Part shown: positions 30,896 to 40,261 of the stretch, piece by piece
How positions within the stretch are numbered: the stretch's first letter is position 1
Layout: the number at the start of each line of letters is the position of its first letter
From: an uncultured Actinomycetes bacterium
GTDB taxonomy: Bacteria; Actinomycetota; Acidimicrobiia; IMCC26256; PALSA-610
Assembly: GCA_963836365.1 (NCBI GenBank)
Contig: CAWIJC010000002.1
Coordinates: forward strand, 617,058 to 681,057
DNA length: 64,000 nt
Direction: 5' to 3'
The notes under the pieces: generated by a model
The model's input: the letters and a program-made list of their open reading frames with translations, nothing else
What the model was told of the DNA's origin: nothing
The model's database searches: none
Program-made: the position numbers and the translations under genes

Positions 30896-31330
30896 ACACC
30901 CGCGAGCTCGTCGAACGGTTCTGGGGCGACCTGTACCGCCGCGACTTCGACGCGGTCGGCGCGTACTTCGCCGACGACGGCGAGTACACCGACATGCCGA
31001 CGCCGGCCGAAGACGTCGCACGCGGTCCTGCACAGATCGCGGCCCGACTGCGGCTCGGTCTCGAGCCACTCGAGTCGATCTCGCACGACATCCGCGTGAT
31101 CGTGTGCGAGGGCGACACCGCGGTGACCGAGCACGTCGAGCACTGGGCGTGGCCCACCGGGGAACGCGCGAGCTTGCCGTTCGTCTCGGTGCAGCAGTTC
31201 CGTGAGCGGCAAGATCGTCCGGTGGTGGGACTACTGGGACCTCGCCACGCTGATGAACGCCGCGCCCGCGTGGTGGGTCGAGCACATCATGAGTGAGAGC
31301 GCGCGCGTCGGCCTGCGAGACGACACAGCA
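30892..31330 (+). CDS. SnoaL-like / NTF2-like (limonene-epoxide-hydrolase fold) protein; frameshift near 31200; 3-prime end uncertain
   Basis: MNTRELVERFWGDLYRRDFDAVGAYFADDGEYTDMPTPAE..., then after a frame change GKIVRWWDYWDLATLMNAAPAWWVEHIM. Confidence 0.6.
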
Positions 31331-31388
31331 GCCCTGACGGCGATTGCGGCATTCGGTGTCTCGGGCGCGGCATCGTTATCCTCGCCCC

Positions 31389-31763
31389 ATGGCGAGCGAG
31401 GGCTACCACGAGCCAATCGAAGCGTTGTCGGCCGACGTGCTCGATCGGCACCGGGCGATCACGTCGTTGAAGGAAGAGCTCGAGGCCGTCGACTGGTACG
31501 ACCAACGTGTCGCGGCCACCGGCGACGACGAGCTGCGCAGCGTGCTCGCGCACAACCGCGACGAGGAAAAAGAGCACGCGGCGATGACGCTCGAGTGGCT
31601 GCGGCGCAACGACGCCAAGTGGGACGAGGTGCTGCGCACCTACCTCTTCACGAGCCGCCCGATCGTCGAGGTCGAAAAGGAAGCCGACGCAGAGACGGAG
31701 AGTGGGAACGCTGCCGCCCGGCAGGGCCCCGCGCCCGGGCGACTTGCGGAAGGAGCCACCCCG
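31389..31763 (+). CDS. encapsulated ferritin-like protein (EncFtn); ORF continues in-frame without stop into the encapsulin shell gene
   Basis: MASEGYHEPIEALSADVLDRHRAITSLKEELEAVDWYDQRVAATGDDELRSVLAHNRDEEKEHAAMTLEWLRRNDAKWDEVLRTYLFT matches EncFtn, followed by an E/A/G/P-rich 37-aa linker. Confidence 0.8.
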
Positions 31764-32568
31764 ATGAACCACCTGCGCCGCGAGCTCGCGCCGATCTCCG
31801 ACGCCGCGTGGGCCGAGATCGACGAAGAGGCCGAGCGAACGCTGAAGCACTTCCTCACCGCACGCCGACTCGTCGACTTCGCCGGCCCGCTGGGATGGTC
31901 GACCGACGCAGTGTCGCGCGGTCACGTCGACGACATCACGCAGGCACCGGCCGGAGTCGGCGGGCGCATCCGCGTCACGCAACCGCTGCTCGAGTATCGC
32001 GCCGAGTTCTGGGTGGCACGCGCCGAGCTCGACACGATCGACCGCGGCGCGCGCGACGCCGACCTCGATCCGGTACGCGACGCGGCCCGGCGGCTCGCGC
32101 TCGCCGAAGACGAAGCGATCTTCCATGGCAACCATTCGGCGTCGATCACCGGCATCACCGAGGGTTCGCATCCGAAGCTGCCGATCAGCGACGACTACCG
32201 CGACTATCCGCAATCGGTGGCGCGGGCGGTCGCGATGCTGCAGTCCTCGGGCATCGCGGGCCCGTACGCGGTCGCGCTCGGTCCGCGCTGCTATACAGGC
32301 GTGATCGAGACGACCGAGATGGGCGGCTATCCCGTTCTCGAGCACCTGCGCCTGATCGCGGGCGGGCCCGTGTTGTGGGCGCCGTCGGTGGACGGCGGAG
32401 TCGTGCATATCACTGCGCGGCGACGACTACCTGCTGAGCGTCGGCGAGGACACCGCGATCGGCTACCTCGACCACGACGACACGAACGTGCACCTCTACT
32501 TCGAGGAGTCGTTCACGTTCCAGGTCTTCACGCCCGAAGCCGCGGTGCACCTCAGCTACGGCGCTTGA
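31764..32568 (+). CDS. family 1 encapsulin nanocompartment shell protein (linocin M18-like); one frameshift near 32410
   Basis: ATG 31764 with RBS GGAAGGAG 8 nt upstream. MNHLRRELAPISDAAWAEIDEEAERTLKHFLTARRLVDFAGPLGWS...GGPVLWAPSVDGGVV, then after a frame change ...SLRGDDYLLSVGEDTAIGYLDHDDTNVHLYFEESFTFQVFTPEAAVHLSYGA; stop 32566-32568. Confidence 0.85.
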
Positions 32569-32606
32569 GTCACACAGATCTTGCATTTCTGCATGATCTG
32601 TGTGAC
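32569..32606. terminator. perfect 12-bp inverted repeat GTCACACAGATC-(14 nt)-GATCTGTGTGAC immediately after the encapsulin stop
   Basis: Seen in the sequence. Confidence 0.55.
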
Positions 32607-32615
32607 TCATAGGTC

Positions 32616-32904
32616 GTGATCCTCGTCGACCGGGCGCGGTGGGCCGGTCGGGACGACCTGCAGGTTCGCGCACCTGGTCAGCGACACGTCGTACGACGAG
32701 CTGCACGCGTTCGTTGCCGGGCTTGCGACACCGCGACCTCTGCGCTTCCACCGCGACCATTACGACGTGCCCGCGCCGTGGTGGCAGACGGCGGTCGACG
32801 CGGGCGCGCGGGTGGTCGCAACGCGCGAGATCGTCGCGCGGCTGCGGGCCGCCGGTTTGCGCACGACTTCGGCGGGAACCGCACCACGCGGTCGCGACGG
32901 ATGA
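32616..32904 (+). CDS. DUF4031 domain protein; frameshift near 32650
   Basis: VILVDRARWAGR, then in the other frame RFAHLVSDTSYDELHAFVAGLATPRPLRFHRDHYDVPAPWWQTAVDAGARVVATREIVARLRAAGL. Confidence 0.6.
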
Positions 32905-32940
32905 CTTCGCAGTTCGAGGTCGCGGTCCTCGACGCGTCCG

Positions 32941-34015
32941 CTACGAGGACGATGTTGCCCACGATATGCACAGACGCTCAACCAGCGCCGGCGCTCCGGC
33001 GAGTACGACGTACTCGACGTTGCGTGTGTGCGACACACGCCCGACCTTCTTCCCACCGGGATCGTGGATGCCGATCATCGCGCCGACGTAACGACGGGAA
33101 TCGAACGCGAGCACACCGACCGCGTCGCCGCGGGCCGCGCACATTGCTTCCAGCTCCTCGCGCGTGATCCACGCTTCGTTGTTGTACGAGACCACGACGA
33201 GCTCGGCGTCGACGTCGCGGACGACTTCGCGCGAGCGCGCCGGGCATCGCCCGGCGCTCGTTGAACACGCTCTTCGTCGCGGGATCACGAGCGTCGATTC
33301 GCTTGCACGCGACGCCATAGTGATCGGGCGCGTCCCACGCGACGATCGTTTCCCACACGTGGTAGTTCGTGAAGTAGCGGTGCTGGTTGTACGGCGGGTC
33401 GAGATACGCGAGGTCGAACTGCCCGAGCGCGCGCACCGCCTGGCGCGCGTCGGCCCGTACTGCCGCACCTTCACCGGCGACCAGCTCGGGTACGCGTAAG
33501 GTGAGCGGTTGGAACGAGCGCGGCGCCCACTGCTTCACGTACGCCATCTGCACACCGGTGGTCGAGTCGACACGGTCGGCCGCCTCGATCAGGCTGGTCA
33601 ACAGCACCGGGTACAGCCACTCGCTCTTGTAGTCGCGCTCGATCGCATCGCGGATCGCGTCGATGCGACGGCCGTTGTGCGGTTGGAAGAAGCGTGATCG
33701 CCGGCAGAACGTCTCGGTGACATAGCCGTCGAGCCGGGCGCGTCGCCGAAGTCGCGGAGCGCATCATCGAGCTCCGAGCGATTCGACCGTGTCGGCGTCG
33801 AGCGCCACATAGCACTGCGCGAACACCTCCGCGTAGCGGGCGGTGTCGACCGCGGTCACGTGCGTGCCTTGCCGCTTGAACGCCTGCGCGACCCGGGTCG
33901 TGCCGGTGAACAGGTCGATTGCCCGCCGGGCACCGGCGCGAGCGCAGATGTCGCCGAGCACCGGCACGAGCCGCCGTTTGGAACCGATGTACTTGATCAG
34001 GCTTCGGGACCGTAG
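32941..34015 (-). pseudogene. Dam-family (D12 class) N6-adenine DNA methyltransferase, at least three frame changes
   Basis: N-terminal YIGSKRRLVPVLGDICARAGARRAIDLFTGTTRV (motif I), DPPY motif FDLAYLDPPYNQHRYFTNYHVWETIVAWD, and the C-terminal VVVSYNNEAWITREELEAM...RVSHTRNVEYVV, each in a different frame. Confidence 0.65.
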
Positions 34016-34018
34016 TCT

Positions 34019-34290
34019 TCACGCTGTGGCAAGGGTTGTATCCCACTCGGTGAACGGCCAGATCCTGGTACAGGTCGAGATGCCCGGCCTCAACCCCGAG
34101 ACCGACGTGAAGATCGAGTTGCGCGCGGGCGCGCTCGCGCTCGAGATCCGCCACCGTCGAAGCAGGGCGCACCGAGAGGTCTCGCAGGTGATCTCGATCC
34201 CCGCGGGCGTCACCGCCGACGATCTCAAGATGTCGCGCACCGACGACGGCATGGAGATCCGGATCTCACCGCCCGGATCGAACGAGTTGC
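34019..34290 (+). pseudogene. possible Hsp20/alpha-crystallin-domain remnant
   Basis: VNGQILVQVEMPGLNPETDVKIELRAGALALEIRHRR...REVSQVISIPAGVTADDLKMSRTDDGMEIRISPP resembles an alpha-crystallin domain core. It lacks an N-terminal region and overlaps the P450 3-prime end on the other strand. Confidence 0.3.
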
Positions 34291-34315
34291 CCACACGCGC
34301 AGTAGCTGCCGGCGT

Positions 34316-35528
34316 TACTTCTCGGCGCTGAACACGAGCGGGAGCTGATCCGCCTGCCGGATGCCCGGCGAGAAATGGATGTCGTCGCGCCGCGAGGTCG
34401 TAGCGCGGGATGCGCCGGTGGAACTCCTCGAGCGCGACGCGCAGCTCCAGCCGGGCGAGGTGCGAGCCGAGGCAGCGGTGTGCACCGCCGCCGAACGCGA
34501 GGTGGCGGTTCGACTCGCGGTCGAAGCGCACGTCGGCGTGGTTCTCGAACTCGTCGGCGTCGGCGTTGGCCGCGCCGATGAGCAGCGTGGCATGGTCGCC
34601 GGCCTTGACCTGCATGCCGCCGATCTCGTGATCCTGTGCGACGAGGCGCGGCACCATCATCACCGGCGTCTGGTGGCGCAGGAGATCCTCGACTGCGTGG
34701 GGCGATGCACGACGGATCCGCCGCGAGCGCGTCGCGGCGGTCGGGATGGCGCGCCAGGTACGTGATCATGCAGTCGAGCGTGGCGGTGACGGTGTCGAGA
34801 CCACCGAGCAGCAACAGGTGGCATGCGCCCAACAGCTCGGCACGCGTCAAAGGACGACCATCGACCGTGCCTTGCACGAGCCTGCTGAAGAGGCGGTCGT
34901 CGGGGTTCCGGCGCTTCTCCTCGAGCGCAGCTTCGAAGTACTCCTCGATCGCGCGGCCGGCTTCCTTGCGGATGCGGTCTTCTTCCTCCATCGTCCGTGC
35001 GTCGGGACGGATCGTGTCGTCCCGCCACTTCAAGAACTGTGGAAGGTCCTCGTGCGGCAGGCCCGTGAGCGCGAGGAAGAACGTCGACGGCAACGGTGAC
35101 GCGAACTCTTCGTGGAAGTCGCACTCTCCGCGGTCCGCGAACGTGTCGATCGTCTCGTTGACGAACTTGCGCATCTCGTCTTCGAGCTGAGCCATTCTTC
35201 GCGGCGCGAATTCGGGGTCCATCAAGCGCCGATACTTCGCGTGATCCGGCGGGTCGACCGACAACGGGATCAGCGGGAACTCGCCGCCGATGTCGACGAC
35301 ACCCTTCGACGAGTAGTACTCGGGGTGCTTCAGCGCCCACAGCACATCTTCATAGCGCGACAGCAGCACTTCCTTGTTGCCGAACATCGTCGTGTGGCGC
35401 GAAACAGGACACTGCGCGTGCATGTCCGCGTACACATCGTGCGGCGCATCGGCGCAACGATCCGAGAAGATTCGATCGACGATCTGAGGCCGGTCGTTCT
35501 CTTCGCCGTGCGTCTCTTGGGTGTACAT
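34316..35528 (-). CDS. cytochrome P450, second copy; frameshifts near 34690 and 34330-34400
   Basis: N-terminal 280 aa in ORF 34266-35528. Heme loop FGGGAHRCLGSHLARLE in ORF 34019-34663, with the C-terminal tail in a third frame. Confidence 0.7.
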
Positions 35529-37255
35529 CAGGACTCCTTCGCATGAACTGTTCGCGTGTCGCGACCGCTGCGCAGCACGACGCCCGGCGTCGCACTCGTG
35601 TAGGCCCCGTCACGAACAGTTTCGGTGCCGCCGACGAGCACGTGGTGCACGCCATGCGACTCGGCAACAATTCGATGTGCGTTGCCCGGCAGGTCGTCGA
35701 ACGTTCGCTCGCCCGCGGGCCCAACGGTGGCCGGATCGAAGCACACGATGTCGGCGTGCGCTCCGGGTTCGAGACGGCCCCGGTCGCGCAGCCCGTAGAG
35801 GCGCGCCGGAACGTCGGTGAGCAGGTGTACCGCCTCCTCCAACGACACGTGGCCGTTGCGGACGGCGTCACCGACGACGAATGTCGTGTAGCTGGCGCCC
35901 GACATCATGTCGAGGTGCGCGCCGGCGTCGGATCCGCCGATGACCGCGCGGGAGTCGCGCCACACTTCGGCGCGCATCTTCCACACGTCGTCGGGTTCGG
36001 GACCGCCGAAGTCGGGGCGCAGCCCGGTGCGCAGCCCGTCGGCGACGACGATGTCGCACAACGTGTCGAACGCGTTCGCGTTGCTCTCGCGCGCGATCTC
36101 GCCGATCTTCCGCCCTTCGAGCTTGCGCGTCTCGTCGGTGAAGCCCTCGACGATCTCGAGCCGCTCCCAGCGCGCGAGCCCCGCGAGCAGGCCTGCCTCC
36201 GGCGAGTGCGCCCGCTCGTCGAGCTGCGTGCGGACCTCGGGGTCGCAGAGCGCGCGCATCCGTTCCTCGATCGGCAGCGCGAGCGTCTCTCTCCACCCCG
36301 GAAGGCCGTCGAGAACGAAACCGGTGTGGAACGAGAGACGGATCCGCATGCCCTGTGGGAGCGTGAGGGCGACGACGCGTGCGCCTCGAGCCTTCGCGTG
36401 GCTCCCGGCCTCGAGCTGACGCTCGTGCATGCCCCCGGACGCGACGCCGAGCACGTTCCAGTTGAGTGGACGATCGGCCGCGAGCGACATCTCGGTGAGC
36501 AGCTCGACCTCGTCGTCGGTGAAGCCGTTGAGGCAGCCCGCGATGATCAGCTCGAGCTGCGTCCCCTCATGGTCGCGTGCGACCGCGGCGAGGCGGAGCA
36601 GCTCTTGCTTCGTGGCCGCGCGCGACGGCACGGGGTTGCCGTCGCCGTCGTTGTGCGTGGGTGCCTGCGACGTCGAGAAGCCCATCGCGCCCGCGGTGAG
36701 CGCGTCGTGCAGCAACTGCTCCATGCGCGCGATCTGCTCGTCGGTCGCAACGTGTCCGACCGCGTCGTCGCCCATGACGACGCGCCGCAACGCCGAGTGA
36801 CCGCAGAGGAAGCCCGCGTTGACCGCCGTGCCGTGCTGCTCCACTCGATCGAGGTACTCGGCGAACGTCTGCCAGTCCCACGGCACGCCCTGTTGCAGCG
36901 CGGGCAGCGGAATGCCCTCGACGCGTGCCATCAAGCGCGAGAGGTAGTCGACGTGCGCGTCGCCTCCGGGCGCGAGCGTGAAGCCGCAGTTGCCGCCGAA
37001 GACCGTCGTGACGCCGTGCAGCGGTGACGGGCTCGCGGTCGCGTCCCAGAGAAGCTGCGCGTCGTAGTGCGTATGGAGATCGACGAAGCCGGGCGCGACC
37101 ACGAGGCCGTCGGCGTCGATCGTGCGCGTGGCCGTGTCGTCGACCTCGCCGATCGCGACGATGCGGCCGGTGTCGATCGCGACATCGGCGTGCCGGGCCG
37201 CGACGCCGGTGCCGTCGACGACCGTGCCGCCCGTGATGATGAGGTCGACGGTCAC
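35528..37255 (-). CDS. N-acyl-D-amino-acid deacylase (D-aminoacylase) family amidohydrolase (Amidohydro_3)
   Basis: GTG 37255 overlaps the upstream stop (GTGA). VTVDLIITGGTVVDGTG...APGFVDLHTHYDAQLLWD...; 575 aa. Confidence 0.75.
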   Translation of the reverse strand: MTVDLIITGGTVVDGTGVAARHADVAIDTGRIVAIGEVDDTATRTIDADGLVVAPGFVDLHTHYDAQLLWDATASPSPLHGVTTVFGGNCGFTLAPGGDAHVDYLSRLMARVEGIPLPALQQGVPWDWQTFAEYLDRVEQHGTAVNAGFLCGHSALRRVVMGDDAVGHVATDEQIARMEQLLHDALTAGAMGFSTSQAPTHNDGDGNPVPSRAATKQELLRLAAVARDHEGTQLELIIAGCLNGFTDDEVELLTEMSLAADRPLNWNVLGVASGGMHERQLEAGSHAKARGARVVALTLPQGMRIRLSFHTGFVLDGLPGWRETLALPIEERMRALCDPEVRTQLDERAHSPEAGLLAGLARWERLEIVEGFTDETRKLEGRKIGEIARESNANAFDTLCDIVVADGLRTGLRPDFGGPEPDDVWKMRAEVWRDSRAVIGGSDAGAHLDMMSGASYTTFVVGDAVRNGHVSLEEAVHLLTDVPARLYGLRDRGRLEPGAHADIVCFDPATVGPAGERTFDDLPGNAHRIVAESHGVHHVLVGGTETVRDGAYTSATPGVVLRSGRDTRTVHAKES

Positions 37256-38446
37256 GGTTTGCGCAGCTCCTCGGGAACCGGGTGGCGGAAGAGCTTCGAC
37301 GCGTTCTCCCACGTGACCTTGCGGATGTCGTCGTCGGCCACGCCGACGAGGCCGTCCGCGGCAAGGAGCTGTGTGTCGGGCCAGGTCGAGTCGGCGTGCG
37401 GGTAGTCGCTCTCGATACAGATGTGGTCGATGCCGATGTGCGCTCGCAGCGCGAACGTCGAACCGAGATCGATCGTGCAGAACCAGAAGTTGCGGCGCAG
37501 CGCGTCGACGGGCGACACGTTCGGATCGTCCCAGCCGTGGGAACCCACGGCGGAATGGTCGAGCACGTAGTCGATGCGGTCGATCAGCATCGGCACCCAG
37601 CTGATGCCGCCTTCGGAGAACGCAATCTTGATGTTCGGAAAGCGGGTGGGGATCTTCGCCCACAGCCAGTCGGCCGCGGTCACGAGCGCGTTCACCGGGA
37701 ACAGGCTCGTGTACAGCTCGAGCGGCGCGCCCGGCGACCGGGCCGCGGTCCAGCTCGACGACGCGTTGTGCAAGCAGACGACGGTCTCTGTCTCTTCGCA
37801 CGCGCGCAGGAACGGATCCCAGTAGGTGTCGAGCATCGGCGGCAGGTCGAGCCCGAGGTCGACGGGGTTCTCGACGAAGCTGACCGCGCGGGCACCGCGC
37901 TCGGCGTTCACGTACACGTCGTCGGCGGCGATCTCCGGATCGTTCACCCACGCGAGCTGCAGCGGGATCACACGACCCGGATACGTGCCGGCCCACTCGT
38001 CGAGATGCCAGTCGTTCCACGCCCGCAGGCTCGCGAGCCCGAGCTCCCGGTCCGTGCTCTTCGCGAACACCGTGCCCGCGAAGCCCGCGATCAACGAGGG
38101 AAAGCAGAGGCTCGCGTACACGCCGTCGAGGTCCATGTCGGCGGATCCGAGCATGGATGTCGTAACAACCGCGGCGCATCTCGTCGAAGCGCGCCGGTTC
38201 CATGCTCCACTCGCTCTTGTCGCGTCCGGCGACCGCGTTGAGCCCGACCTGCGGGTACAGGCCGTCCTCGTACACCCACGTTTCCTTGCCGTTTTCGAGT
38301 GTGACAACCTTCGGCGCGCGCTCTTGCAGGTGTGCCGGCATCCGGCCGTCGAAGAGATGCGCGGGCTCGATCAGGTGATCGTCGACCGAGATGATCGTGT
38401 ATTGGCGCGGGCGCGCCTCGGGATCGGGGAGCAGCGTCGCGGTCAT
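37252..38446 (-). CDS. amidohydrolase family 2 (PF04909), third copy; frameshift near 38140
   Basis: N-terminus MTATLLPDPEARPRQYTIISVDDHLIEPAHLFDGRMPAHLQERAPKVV (ORF 35528-38446 frame). C-terminus ...FSEGGISWVPMLIDR...ESDYPHADSTWPD (ORF 37252-38307). Confidence 0.65.
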
Positions 38447-39019
38447 GAGCGCACCACGCCGTGGGCGCAGAAGTTGTAGAGGTATTCCGCGTGCGAGTGC
38501 GAGTCGGTGACATTGCCGACGAGGACCTCGTAGATGCCACCGAGCAACACCGTGAACGTCGTCAGCGCGTCGCGTTGCGGCTGCTCGGTGCTGAGATGGC
38601 CGGCGAGCAGGTCGAGCATCGGCGCGATCGCCGCGAACTGTTGTTCACCGTGGTGCTCGTTCAGACGCAGGTACTCGCGCACGAGCACCTCGGCGTATCC
38701 CTTCGCCTCCGGAATCGAGACCAGCTCGAACAACTCGGTCACATAGGCGTGCAACCCCTCGGCGCCGGTGCGATCGCCGATCCGTTGGGCGAGGACGTCG
38801 GCACCGAGCTGACTGTCGGCGGCGATGCAGCGCGATGAGCAGCTCGTCCTTCCCTCTGAAACATCGGTAGAAGCTCTTCAACGAGAGCTCGGCCTTGGCG
38901 GTGACCTGGGCGACCGTGAACGCGGCCCCGCCGGTCTCGTTGGCGAGATCGCGCGCGGCCCCGACGAAGCGGTCGGGCCTGGCGTCGAGCTCGCTCGGGG
39001 CAACCGTAGAGAACGACAT
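38443..39019 (-). CDS. TetR family transcriptional regulator; frameshift near 38760-38830
   Basis: HTH FTVAQVTAKAELSLKSFYRCFRGKDELLIAL (ORF 38645-39019), with the C-terminus in ORF 38443-38754. Confidence 0.65.
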
Positions 39020-39107
39020 TCTCCACCATTATCGTCCTCGCCGCCGCCGTAGACAACGACATTCTCCGAGAGCCGCGCGGCCGCCGCCCCGGGAGGTTGC
39101 ATCGCGC

Positions 39108-39155
39108 AAGCAGATACCGACGGGCAGATACCGACGGGCAGATACCGACGGGCAG
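39108..39155. repeat. 14-bp direct repeat GCAGATACCGACGG x3 (plus degenerate 4th unit) in the divergent TetR / PAS-GGDEF intergenic region; plus 13-bp direct repeat AACGACATTCTCC at 39012-39024 and 39054-39066
   Basis: Seen in the sequence. Confidence 0.7.
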
Positions 39156-39238
39156 GTCCCCGCGCCCACGACCGCCGAGGACGACCCGCCGGTCAACATC
39201 ACGTTGAGGAACCGGACGCGCCGGTCGATACGCGGAGG

Positions 39239-40261
39239 ATGGTCCCGGTCTCCGCGTCCGAAGCTCGCGAACGCCACGTCGTGGAGTCCCGGCTCGACGC
39301 CTTCGCGGACGGCGACGTGACGGAACGCCAGCTCGCCGAGGCCAGGCTGCGCGCGGCCGAACAGCGCTTCCGTGTGATCTTCGAGCACGCACCGCTCGTG
39401 ATATCGATCGTCGACCTGCACGGCGACATCGTCGACATCAACCCCGCCGGGTGCGCCATGCTCGGACGTTCGCGCGGCGAGCTGCTCGGAACGCCGGCAG
39501 ACCTCTCGATACACCCCGACGATCGCCAGCGGGCGATCGACCGGACGACGGATCAGCTCGGCGGCAACCAGTCGGCGGTCGAGTTCCGCGTCCGCAACAC
39601 GCGGGGCGACACAGTTCCGGTCCTTTCGCAAGCATCCCTCATCGACGCATGCGACGCCGGCGAGCCGCCGTATGTGATCACCTTCCAGCTGGACATCAGC
39701 GACCGCAAACGCCTGGAAGCCGAGCTCGAGTCGCGTGCCGCCCACGACTTCCTGACCGGCGTGCACAATCGCTGCTTCCTCAACGAGCATCTCGCGCACA
39801 CGTTGCGGCAACGCACGACATCGACCCTGGCGGTGATGTTCATCGACCTGGACAATTTCAAGGACATCAACGACGGACTCGGGCACGACGCAGGCGATGC
39901 GGCACTCGTGCACGTCGCCCAACGCATCAAGGACAACGTGCGAAGTGGCGACCTGGCCGCACGCTTCGGAGGCGATGAATTCGTCTTCGCATGTTTCGTC
40001 GAAAGCGCGGCGGACGCTCGCACCATCGGTGAACGCCTGCGCCTCGCGATACGAGACGGCTTCCAGTATGCCGACCGTCCCATCACGATTGCCGCCAGCA
40101 TCGGCATCGCACTGTCGCAGGCCGGTGACACGCCGTCGGCGCTGCTCCGGCGGGCCGACACCGCGGCGTACGTCGCCAAGCAAACCGGCAAGGCGCGGAC
40201 TGAGATGCTCGCGGCCGAGTCCTTCGAGCCGCCTACCGGCATCGAGGACGCGACGTCGTAA
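39239..40261 (+). CDS. PAS-GGDEF diguanylate cyclase
   Basis: PAS region followed by the GGDEF domain with RFGGDEFVF; 340 aa. Confidence 0.8.
   Translation: MVPVSASEARERHVVESRLDAFADGDVTERQLAEARLRAAEQRFRVIFEHAPLVISIVDLHGDIVDINPAGCAMLGRSRGELLGTPADLSIHPDDRQRAIDRTTDQLGGNQSAVEFRVRNTRGDTVPVLSQASLIDACDAGEPPYVITFQLDISDRKRLEAELESRAAHDFLTGVHNRCFLNEHLAHTLRQRTTSTLAVMFIDLDNFKDINDGLGHDAGDAALVHVAQRIKDNVRSGDLAARFGGDEFVFACFVESAADARTIGERLRLAIRDGFQYADRPITIAASIGIALSQAGDTPSALLRRADTAAYVAKQTGKARTEMLAAESFEPPTGIEDATS

Noticed and set aside
31344-31388. Alternative EncFtn start at ATG 31344 (MRHSVSRARHRYPRP extension)
   Set aside because: The extension is Arg-rich and absent from EncFtn homologs. ATG 31389 (MASEGYHEPIE) matches the family N-terminus.
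35528-38446. 972-aa ORF read as a single protein
   Set aside because: It is two genes joined by a GTGA stop/start overlap at 37252-37255 (D-aminoacylase plus a frameshifted amidohydrolase-2 N-terminus). The Arg-rich middle is out-of-frame translation.
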